Shown here: one piece after another, positions 52,258 through 60,698 of the stretch
How positions within the stretch are numbered: position 1 is the stretch's first letter
Layout of the letters: every line of letters starts with the position of its first letter
Source: an uncultured cyanobacterium
Lineage (GTDB): Bacteria > Cyanobacteriota > Cyanobacteriia > Cyanobacteriales > Nostocaceae
Reading direction: 5' to 3'
DNA: 64,000 nt
NCBI GenBank assembly: GCA_963740315.1
Contig: CAVUDP010000002.1
Coordinates: 576,001 to 640,000 of the forward strand
The notes under the pieces: generated by a model
What the model was told of the DNA's origin: nothing
Database searches by the model: none
What the model saw: the letters and a program-made list of their open reading frames with translations, nothing else
Translations under genes and position numbers: made by a program

Positions 52258-54948
52258 ATGAATTTAATTCTATGCCACACAACAGCAGATTTTGATACTT
52301 TAGGGGCTGCGGTGGGGTTGACGCGATTGATTGAAGGTAGCCTCATTGTTTTACCTGGTGGCTCTCATCCTACTGTTAAAGATTTCTTAGCACTTCACAA
52401 AGATGAATATCCGTTAATTGAAAGACGCTCGGTAATTACTGAAGATATTCGCTGTTTGGCTGTGGTTGATACTCAGCAGCGCAACCGTTTGGGAAAGGCT
52501 GCGGAATGGTTTGATTTACCCCATTTAGAGAAAATTATTGTTTACGACCATCATTTAGAACAAACCCTTGATATTCCAGCTACTGAGGCTCATATTTATC
52601 CAGTAGGTGCTGCGACTACTTTAGTTGTACAAGAATTACAAAAACAGAATATTTCTCTAACTTCTACGGAAGCTACTGTGATGGCTTTGGGTATCCATTC
52701 GGACACTGGCTCTTTAACCTTCGAGCATACGACACCGGATGATGCTTTGGCTTTGGCTTGGTTGATGCAGCAGGGTGCTAGCTTGTCGGTGGTTGCCGAA
52801 TATATTGAGCCAGGATTGTCTCCACAGCTGCAAGAGTTATTGAAAATTGCTTTAGAAGATATTCAAACTGAAAAAGTACGCGGTTATCAAGTTGCTTGGG
52901 TAATTCTCAAAACTGAAGATTTTGTGGCTGGGTTATCGAGTTTAGCGTCTGAGTTGGTTAATTTGATGGAAATTGACGCTTTGTTATTGGCTCACGAATA
53001 CCAGAAAAAAAATAGTAATGGTTTGTCGGTGATAGCGCGATCGCAAATTCCCCAAACTAATCTCAATGATATTTTGGCACCTTTTGGTGGTGGTGGTCAT
53101 GCAAAGGCTGCTTCTGTAAGTTTAAAGGATGTAAATTCCCAAGAAATAATCAGCCAAGTTGTCGAGGAGTTGAAAAAAACAATTCCACATCCACCCACAG
53201 CAAGAGATTTAATGTCTTCTCCGGTGCGTACTGTTCCACCAGATACTACCATCGAGGAAGCACATCGAATTTTGTTGCGTTACGGACATTCTGGTTTGTC
53301 GGTGGTTGATGCTGCTTCTGATTTGGTTGGGATAATTTCGCGGCGCGATTTGGATATTGCTTTGCATCACGGTTTTGCTCACGCTCCGGTGAAAGGCTAT
53401 ATGTCAAAGAATCTCAAGACGATCGCACCAGATACGGAATTACCGGAAATTAAATCGTTGATGGTTACTCATGATATCGGGCGTTTACCAGTTTTGGAAG
53501 ATGGTAAGTTGCTGGGAATTGTAACTCGTACCGATGTTTTACGGGAATTGCATGAAGGGAAGGAAGAGAAGAAAGAAGGAGAAGAAAGAGAGAATTTAAA
53601 TCCAACTTTGGATGAATTGCAAAACCGACTTGCACCAGCTTTATGGGAGTTTCTCACGAAAGTTTCAAAAGAGGCAGAGCAGCGAGGTTGGCATTTATAT
53701 ATAGTTGGTGGTGCTGTGCGAGATTTATTATTAGCGAATCCGAATGAACCTTTGCTGCTTCCAGATATTGATATGGTGGTTGATGGTTTTCATAATGCTG
53801 CCGATGTTGGTGCTGGTGTGGAGTTGGCTTCAGCGATTCTGCAACTTTACCCCGGTGCGCGTTTGGATGTCCACGGTGATTTTCAAACTGCTGCTTTGTT
53901 ATGGCACAACGATCGAAAGTTGGATTCGTTATGTATTGATATCGCTACAGCAAGAACGGAATTTTATCCTTATCCAGCAGCGAATCCGGTAGTTGAAGCA
54001 AGTTCGATTCGTCAAGATTTATATCGCCGCGATTTTAGTATTAATGCTTTGGCTTTGCGGTTAACTCCTCCGAATCCAGGTAAATTATTAGATTTCTTTG
54101 GCGGGTTATTAGATTTACAAGCTGAACAAATTCGAGTTTTACACGCTAACAGCTTTATTGAAGATCCAACAAGGATTTACCGCGCCGTGCGTTTTGCGGT
54201 ACGTCTGGGTTTTCACTTAGAAAAGCAAACGGAAGAGTATATTCGCTACGCAATAGAAAGCGGCGTTTATATCCGTACAGCACAAGAAAATTCTAAAACA
54301 CCAGCTTTACAAACTCGTTTAAAGTCGGAATTAAAATATATTTTGCAAACTTCCTATTGGAAACCAGCTTTAAGAATGTTGAGTGAATTGGATGCTTTGC
54401 AGTGCATTCATCCGACTTTGAAATTGAATGATGATTTATTGCGACAGCTACATTTAATAGAACGTTGTTTGCAAAAATTTGATTCTAATGAGCAAAGATT
54501 TACCCATTGGCAGATGCGTTTGGAAGTTGTAATTGCTCATTTAGCCGCAGAATATCGGGGAAAGGTAGCCAAAAATCTGCAATTTCCAGATGACAGTATT
54601 AAAAGGTTAGAAAATTTAGCCGCAGCGAAAAGTAATGTTATAGAAAATTTAGATAAATGCGACAAGCCTTCGCAGGTAGTTAAGCTGTTGCGGAAATACG
54701 ATTTACCAATGTTGATTTTTATCGCTTTGCAAAGTCGGAGAATTATTAGAAAGCAAATTTGGCATTATCTGACAGTTTTATCGAATGTGGAAGCACCGTT
54801 GAATGGTAACGATTTGAAGAAAATGGGTTATAAACCGGGGCCACAATATAAGCAAATTTTGGATGATTTGTTAGCGGCTACTTTAGATGGGGAAGTTAAT
54901 GATAAGAGCGGTGCGGAGGAGTTTTTGAGTAATAATTTTCCGATTTAA
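52258..54948 (+). CDS. DHH/CBS-domain tRNA nucleotidyltransferase (probably A-adding type)
   Basis: DHH-like N-terminus (ADFD, YDHH, DTG, GGGGH), CBS pair, VGGAVRD..DID, DLYRRDFSINALA, EDPTRIYRAVRF. Confidence 0.88.
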   Translation: MNLILCHTTADFDTLGAAVGLTRLIEGSLIVLPGGSHPTVKDFLALHKDEYPLIERRSVITEDIRCLAVVDTQQRNRLGKAAEWFDLPHLEKIIVYDHHLEQTLDIPATEAHIYPVGAATTLVVQELQKQNISLTSTEATVMALGIHSDTGSLTFEHTTPDDALALAWLMQQGASLSVVAEYIEPGLSPQLQELLKIALEDIQTEKVRGYQVAWVILKTEDFVAGLSSLASELVNLMEIDALLLAHEYQKKNSNGLSVIARSQIPQTNLNDILAPFGGGGHAKAASVSLKDVNSQEIISQVVEELKKTIPHPPTARDLMSSPVRTVPPDTTIEEAHRILLRYGHSGLSVVDAASDLVGIISRRDLDIALHHGFAHAPVKGYMSKNLKTIAPDTELPEIKSLMVTHDIGRLPVLEDGKLLGIVTRTDVLRELHEGKEEKKEGEERENLNPTLDELQNRLAPALWEFLTKVSKEAEQRGWHLYIVGGAVRDLLLANPNEPLLLPDIDMVVDGFHNAADVGAGVELASAILQLYPGARLDVHGDFQTAALLWHNDRKLDSLCIDIATARTEFYPYPAANPVVEASSIRQDLYRRDFSINALALRLTPPNPGKLLDFFGGLLDLQAEQIRVLHANSFIEDPTRIYRAVRFAVRLGFHLEKQTEEYIRYAIESGVYIRTAQENSKTPALQTRLKSELKYILQTSYWKPALRMLSELDALQCIHPTLKLNDDLLRQLHLIERCLQKFDSNEQRFTHWQMRLEVVIAHLAAEYRGKVAKNLQFPDDSIKRLENLAAAKSNVIENLDKCDKPSQVVKLLRKYDLPMLIFIALQSRRIIRKQIWHYLTVLSNVEAPLNGNDLKKMGYKPGPQYKQILDDLLAATLDGEVNDKSGAEEFLSNNFPI

Positions 54949-55128
54949 TATAAAAATTATGTAGAGACGTAGCAGTGCTACGTCTCCAACAACATGAAAT
55001 CATCACTTCATATTTTGAAAAAGTTCATATGCGTTTCTAACTTTTAACCCAGAAAAACGTTAAGGAAACTCATAATAAGTTAGATAAGTCCTGATATTCA
55101 ATTAAGATACTTCAGGATATTCTATATT

Positions 55129-55500
55129 ATGTCTTCGAGATTCCAACGTCTTCAATTTGTAAGTCTGGGCTTTTCTCTGCTTCTAGTTGTAGCTTGGGTT
55201 ATTCTTGTGTACCAAGTTTCACCATTGAGAGATCCAAGCTTTCAGCGTTTGGGTGGAAATGGCGGTACATTAATACCTTGGCTTTCTAGTGTGGGTGAAG
55301 ATGATTGGTTTTTGTCAGCTAAAATTCTGGCTTTTTCACTATCTACTAATATTGCGTTTATATTTGCTCAAGAAGTACGTTATCGGGGAAGTAATTGGTT
55401 AATACGTTTCATCGCGACAACGGGGGTATGGCTAATAATGTTTTTCGCTTCTTGCTTTATGTTTGCCTGTCATTTATTAAACCAATGGATAGTTGATTAA
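55129..55500 (+). CDS. Hypothetical membrane protein
   Basis: 123 aa, 3 hydrophobic segments. Confidence 0.55.
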   Translation: MSSRFQRLQFVSLGFSLLLVVAWVILVYQVSPLRDPSFQRLGGNGGTLIPWLSSVGEDDWFLSAKILAFSLSTNIAFIFAQEVRYRGSNWLIRFIATTGVWLIMFFASCFMFACHLLNQWIVD

Positions 55501-55748
55501 ATTGCGTGACTAATACTAACGACATATTATAAAATTTTACCTCAGTCCTAAGACATATTTCCTCATAAATCCGCGTATATTTCTACAAATTCCCCATCCC
55601 CTGGATGAGGATTTCACATTAACCAACGTTGCGATATTATCTGAACGCAAGGAAGTTAAAGTAGTTTGAATTTTGACTACTTTTAGGATTTTTAACCAAT
55701 AACCTTAACTTCAGCGTTCCAAGAGAGATATTAAGAGAGGACAATAAA

Positions 55749-56348
55749 ATGGCATACGAGTTACCATCTCTTCCCTATGACTACACGGCTTTAGAACCTG
55801 CTATTTCTAAAAGTACTTTAGAATTTCATCACGATAAGCATCATGCGTCTTATGTGAGTAAGTACAATGATGCAGTCAAAGGAACAGAATTAGATAAAAA
55901 ATCAATTGAACAAGTAATCAAAGAAATTTCCGGTAATTCCGAAAAGCAAGGACTTTTTAACAACGCAGCCCAAGCTTGGAATCATACTTTTTATTGGCAA
56001 TGTATGAAGCCTAATGGTGGTGGCACTCCTGGGGGAGATTTAGCGAAAAAGATTGATGCTGATTTAGGCGGTTACGATAAATTTGTTGAAGCTTTCAAGT
56101 CTGCTGGAGCAACTCAGTTTGGTAGTGGTTGGGCTTGGTTGGTGCTGGATAACGGTACTTTAAAAGTTACAAAAACCCTCAATGCTGATAATCCTTTAGC
56201 TAACGGACAAACTCCCTTATTAACTATGGATGTATGGGAACACGCTTACTATTTAGATTATCAAAACAAACGTCCCGCTTACATTGATGATTTTTTGGGT
56301 AAGTTAGTTAACTGGGATTTTGTTGCTCAGAATATGGCAGCAGCATAG
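55749..56348 (+). CDS. sodB: Superoxide dismutase, Fe type
   Basis: HHDKHH, FNNAAQAWNH, QFGSGWAWL, DVWEHAYY; RBS GAGG. Confidence 0.96.
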   Translation: MAYELPSLPYDYTALEPAISKSTLEFHHDKHHASYVSKYNDAVKGTELDKKSIEQVIKEISGNSEKQGLFNNAAQAWNHTFYWQCMKPNGGGTPGGDLAKKIDADLGGYDKFVEAFKSAGATQFGSGWAWLVLDNGTLKVTKTLNADNPLANGQTPLLTMDVWEHAYYLDYQNKRPAYIDDFLGKLVNWDFVAQNMAAA

Positions 56349-56361
56349 TTTTTAATTAACT

Positions 56362-56390
56362 TTGGGTGGGTAGAAACTCACCCAATTTTT
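56362..56390 (+). terminator. Rho-independent terminator after sodB
   Basis: TTGGGTGGGT-AGAA-ACTCACCCAA + TTTTT. Confidence 0.78.
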
Positions 56391-56445
56391 AGGTTATTTT
56401 CTCTTACTTTATACTTAAAACACAAGTAATAGCAGCACAAAATTA

Positions 56446-56664
56446 ATGATAGAACCTCATTACCCAAAAATTATGATGTCCTTTACTTATCGCGAATGTA
56501 AAATTCAGATTGAACGCGATAAATTTGAAAAACAAGATATTTATGCTGCTTGGGTAAATCACGATCGCGGTTGTGCGATCGCCGTACCTTATGCTTTGAC
56601 TCCCACTGAGGCTGTCAGGAAATCAAAGCAATGGATAGATGAAAGGCTGAATTTACCCAATTAA
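56446..56664 (+). CDS. Small hypothetical protein
   Basis: 72-aa ATG ORF with protein-like composition. Confidence 0.55.
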   Translation: MIEPHYPKIMMSFTYRECKIQIERDKFEKQDIYAAWVNHDRGCAIAVPYALTPTEAVRKSKQWIDERLNLPN

Positions 56665-56700
56665 TTTATATTTTGCTTGTTGAATGCAATATTAATTACT

Positions 56701-56943
56701 TTAATACCTGATATATGAAGAAAATATAATATGTCGAACTGATGGTTCTACTCTATCTATTAAATAAGGATGTAATTCTTGTTGCGAGTTTATATCTGCT
56801 TGATATTCCGATTCATAATTTTCTAAGTCTTCAGATTCTGTATTAAGTTTGGGTTGAGTAAAACTAGATAATTTTGACCATGCAACAGAAAAAGGATTGC
56901 GGATATATGTTGCAAAAAAATTATTTTTGATGTTCTTCATCAC
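56701..56943 (-). CDS. Small hypothetical protein
   Basis: 80-aa ORF with upstream AGGT; no recognisable motif. Confidence 0.4.
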   Translation of the reverse strand: MMKNIKNNFFATYIRNPFSVAWSKLSSFTQPKLNTESEDLENYESEYQADINSQQELHPYLIDRVEPSVRHIIFSSYIRY

Positions 56944-57058
56944 ATCTTTTACCTATAACAAAGTTTAGTTTTATTGTAGGCAAGTTTATTCGTTATATGG
57001 CTTTCTTTTTGTTTAAAATTGTAAACATAAGTTAAGTTGCTAACTGCTTTATTGAGTT

Positions 57059-58267
57059 TCAAGACCTATTATCCAATTTTATCGCTTGTTCTAAAGCGGC
57101 TTTTTCTTTGGCTCTACGTGCATAGGATTGTAATTTTATCAAATCCCAACCTGTAATTAAACTCATATTTTCTAAGCTCATTCCTTTTATGAGCATTTCT
57201 ACACACCAGGTATGTTGAGCTTGTTCTATTGCTGGTTGTTGCCCGGATGGTGTTGATAATCCGTCTGTTATTTTTTGCCAATATTCTTGTATTTCTGCTT
57301 CTGTAATTGGCATTCCCTGATTATTAAGCAATAATGCCGGATTTTCATCTTTACGACTCTTCAAGTATTTGGTTAATGGATTGTTATTATAGGAACCATA
57401 ACGCTTACCCATAATCCATTGATTGACGGGAACTTGACGTTCACCTTTAACTATTTGCAATAAATGCTGGTTAGCGTCACATATTTGATGGGTTTTTTCT
57501 AAATTAGTAATTTCTGCGGTTGATAAACCTGCTCCAAATAAAATATATATTAAAGCATAATCTCGCAATCCCGATTTTTTGGCACGTTGCAAAATCAAAT
57601 GAACTGTTACCAAAGGTAAATCGATTATTTTTTCTATCTCTCTCAATTCTGAAGTAACTATTTTAGATTTATTAGCTCCCATCAAAAATAACGTTACCAA
57701 ATCTTCTAAAAATTCATCTTTATTCTGCCAAAGTTCGTGAAATTCACTCGTAAATTCGATTACGGCATATCCCAACAGCATAATATTAAGTAAACTTGCT
57801 AGTTTTTGAGGTGGTAAATGCCCCTGTAATTGCTCGCGCTCCATGACTGTTGCTAAAAATTCGGCAACATAATGATTCGCTTCTTTCAAAGTTTTTCCGA
57901 GTGCTTGACGATTTTCTAATGGATAATTACCAGCTTCCCCCACAACGGAGCGTACTAAATTTGGCGATCGCTCTAATGCTTGCAACCAATCTTCACAATA
58001 GTTTTTAAAAGCTTGATGGACGTTAGTTGTTTCAGTAGCTTGAATTTTTAAGTATTCACCCAGTTCTTGAAACACTGGCGATTCGGAAATTACTGCTAAA
58101 AGCAATCCATGTTTGTTACCGAAATGCCGAAACAAGGTCACTTCATTAACTTTCGCTAATTGTGCTACTGCTTTTGTTGTAGTGTCGGTAACTCCCTGAG
58201 CGGCAAATAGTTCTACTGCTGCATTTATTATTCGCTGTCGTGTTGAAATTATTTGGGAATTGGACAT
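57059..58267 (-). CDS. TetR-family regulator with a C-terminal degenerate tyrosine-recombinase-like domain
   Basis: TRQRIINAAVELFAAQG..TTTKAVA..AKVNEVTLFRHFGNK (TetR HTH); RDYALIYILFGAGLS..EI..L and HTWCVEML..GMSL...GW...Y resemble integrase boxes. Confidence 0.85.
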   Translation of the reverse strand: MSNSQIISTRQRIINAAVELFAAQGVTDTTTKAVAQLAKVNEVTLFRHFGNKHGLLLAVISESPVFQELGEYLKIQATETTNVHQAFKNYCEDWLQALERSPNLVRSVVGEAGNYPLENRQALGKTLKEANHYVAEFLATVMEREQLQGHLPPQKLASLLNIMLLGYAVIEFTSEFHELWQNKDEFLEDLVTLFLMGANKSKIVTSELREIEKIIDLPLVTVHLILQRAKKSGLRDYALIYILFGAGLSTAEITNLEKTHQICDANQHLLQIVKGERQVPVNQWIMGKRYGSYNNNPLTKYLKSRKDENPALLLNNQGMPITEAEIQEYWQKITDGLSTPSGQQPAIEQAQHTWCVEMLIKGMSLENMSLITGWDLIKLQSYARRAKEKAALEQAIKLDNRS

Positions 58268-58417
58268 TACAGGTTAAAGGTTAAAGGTTACAGGTTAAGA
58301 GGCTAGAAACGCGGCACTCCGGTTAGTTTGATTAATGCTGACTTACTTAAATTTGTACCAGAATATCTAATACCCACCAATTATTCCCGGTTTCTCCAAC
58401 ATACACGAAAAAAAGAT

Positions 58418-58482
58418 ATGTAAGTGCCACTTGCATTTTTATTTTTTATCTGTTAACTTAGGAATGTAAGCAGCACTTGCAT
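58418..58482. promoter_or_regulatory. Two imperfect palindromes ATGTAAG-N5-CTTGCAT (58418-58436, 58464-58482), candidate TetR operators
   Basis: Repeated 19-bp dyad in the divergent tetR/desC intergenic region. Confidence 0.65.
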
Positions 58483-58626
58483 ATTCTAATTTAATTCTCA
58501 AGTGTATTTCTTACCCACTGTCCGATCTAATAGGTGTGGTGGGGAAGGATGCTTCTGGGGTGCGAGCGATCGCCCTCATATATCGAAAGGTTTTATTAAA
58601 AATATTCACTGTCTAAGGAAATAATT

Positions 58627-59463
58627 ATGACTACGCGCTCTGCTGTGGCACAGGGTAAGCAACCGCTTGCTTTGAGTTGGACTAATGTGGCATTTTTCGG
58701 TGCATTTCATGTTATAGCTTTATCGGCTCCCTGGTTTTTTTCTTGGTCTGCTTTGGGAGTAATGATATTTTTACATTGGTTGTTTGGCAGTATTGGTATT
58801 TGTTTGGGTTATCACCGAATTTTGAGCCATCGCAGTTTGCAAGTACCGAAGTGGTTGGAATATATCATTGCCATTCTCGGAGCTATGGCGATGCAGGGAG
58901 GACCGATCTTTTGGGTAGCCGGACATCGATTACACCATGCTCATACTGAGGATGAAGAGAAAGATCCTTATTCTGCCAAGCGTGGTTTCTGGTGGAGTCA
59001 TATGCTGTGGATTTTCTACCCTCGTGAGGAGTTTTTTGACTTTGAAATGTACAAAAAATATGCTCCCGATTTAGTCCGCGATCGATTTTACATTTGGCTA
59101 AATCGCTACTTCTTGTTTCTGCAAATTCCCGTAGGTCTTTTATTGTATGCTTTGGGTGGATGGAATGCGGTAATCTACGGTGTATTTCTCAGAGCGGTAT
59201 TGCTATGGCATTCAACTTGGTTGATTAATTCTGCCAGCCATATCCGAGGTTATCGTACTTTTGAATCGGATGATAATTCCCGCAATCTTTGGTGGGCGGC
59301 TATTTTAACTTACGGTGAAGGTTGGCACAATAATCACCACGCTCATCCAAATGTAGCCAAAGCTGGATTGCGCTGGTGGGAAATAGATATGACTTGGTGG
59401 GCAATTAAAACTTTGCAAACTTTGGGATTGGCTAAGAAGGTTGTGATGCCGGTTAATGATTAA
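58627..59463 (+). CDS. desC: Delta-9 acyl-lipid desaturase
   Basis: His boxes HRILSH, HRLHH, GEGWHNNHH; GFWWSH. Confidence 0.9.
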   Translation: MTTRSAVAQGKQPLALSWTNVAFFGAFHVIALSAPWFFSWSALGVMIFLHWLFGSIGICLGYHRILSHRSLQVPKWLEYIIAILGAMAMQGGPIFWVAGHRLHHAHTEDEEKDPYSAKRGFWWSHMLWIFYPREEFFDFEMYKKYAPDLVRDRFYIWLNRYFLFLQIPVGLLLYALGGWNAVIYGVFLRAVLLWHSTWLINSASHIRGYRTFESDDNSRNLWWAAILTYGEGWHNNHHAHPNVAKAGLRWWEIDMTWWAIKTLQTLGLAKKVVMPVND

Positions 59464-59756
59464 TACCGACCAATTATGTAGAGACGTTGCACTGCAACGT
59501 CTTTATTTATTTGGATTTGTATCGAGCTATTTATATAGCAATACGGTTCAGTTAAGACTAGGTGAGTTCAACGGATTAAAACGACTTATCAACCACCTTT
59601 GAGGCATGACGCTTATCTTCGTTGAGAAGTCGGGTTATAAGAAACGGAATATCATAAATATTCATTTTTTACCAAAAAAATTCGAGTCGCCTTTTGGCGA
59701 TATCAAAAAGTAAAAAATGCAAAGAACAAAGGATAAAAGTACTAAAGTATAAAGGG

Positions 59757-60611
59757 CTACTGAAAAGACCTCCCGACCCCGCAGGCAACACGAAAACCAA
59801 TACTGTAGTTGTCGTAGTCGCGCGAAAAATATTTGTAGCGAGACGCGGAACGGCAGAAGTCTGGACTGTAGTGCCAGGAACCGCCCCGCAGCACGGCTGT
59901 ATGACTCTTTTGAGAAAGATTATCATTATCATTATCAAACCAAGCACTGCCATCTGTGGGCGCATTTTCATAGTTGGAATGCCGATCGTCAAGACACCAT
60001 TCCCAAACGTTTCCGTGCATATCAGATAGCCCAAAGGCATTAGCTGCGTTAAAACTGCCTACTGGTGTTGTTGTTTTCCGGTCAATCCCTTTAGAACCAG
60101 CACCGTAAGTTTTGGTAGCATCATAATTGGCTAACTCGGATGTAATTGTTTCACCAAAGTGAAATGCTGTTGTCGTACCTCCACGGCAAGCATATTCCCA
60201 TTCTGCTTCGCTAGGTAAGCGATATTCTCTTCCCGTGTGCTTTGATAGTCTGGCACAAAATTCTACCGCATCGTACCAAGAAACTGACTCTACCGGACAG
60301 CGATCGCTCTCTTTGAGGACTTTGAAATTACTAGGATCGAGGGAGAGGTCACGTTTGACTTTCAAATTTTCACGAGATGCGATCGCTCGCCACTGTGCTT
60401 GGGTTATAGGATACCTACCCATAAAGAACGATCGAACTCTTACTTCGTGTTGGGGACGTTCTGAGTCTCTACTACTTTCCTCCGTTTCTGGTGCGCCCAT
60501 TGTAAATGTACCATCGGGAATCAGCATCATTTCTAGTTCAATTCCCGAACCCAAGTTTTCAGTAAAGTATTGTGCTTCCCCTTGTTCGTATTTAATGACT
60601 GTTCTTACCAT
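59757..60611 (-). CDS. Stand-alone FGE-sulfatase (C-type lectin-like fold) domain protein, probable DGR target
   Basis: FTMG, PQHEV, YPITQAQW, RLPSEAEWEYACRGG, FGLSDMHGNVWEWC, RGGSW...IGFRV. Confidence 0.92.
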   Translation of the reverse strand: MVRTVIKYEQGEAQYFTENLGSGIELEMMLIPDGTFTMGAPETEESSRDSERPQHEVRVRSFFMGRYPITQAQWRAIASRENLKVKRDLSLDPSNFKVLKESDRCPVESVSWYDAVEFCARLSKHTGREYRLPSEAEWEYACRGGTTTAFHFGETITSELANYDATKTYGAGSKGIDRKTTTPVGSFNAANAFGLSDMHGNVWEWCLDDRHSNYENAPTDGSAWFDNDNDNLSQKSHTAVLRGGSWHYSPDFCRSASRYKYFSRDYDNYSIGFRVACGVGRSFQ

Positions 60612-60698
60612 TACTGCCTGCTTATAATAGACATAAATTTAGATGCATTTGCCATAACCTCACCCATTGTTTACGTGGGCAATCAGAAGAATAAAGAG

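Noticed and set aside
57059..57620. Active integrase marking a prophage or excision element
   Set aside because: Catalytic Arg and HxxR residues are missing, the domain is fused to TetR, and there are no att sites or cargo
59464..60698. DGR template repeat or reverse transcriptase within the window
   Set aside because: Both repeat copies are in-frame coding ends and neither has A at most variable positions; no third AAC-rich copy or RT motif was seen
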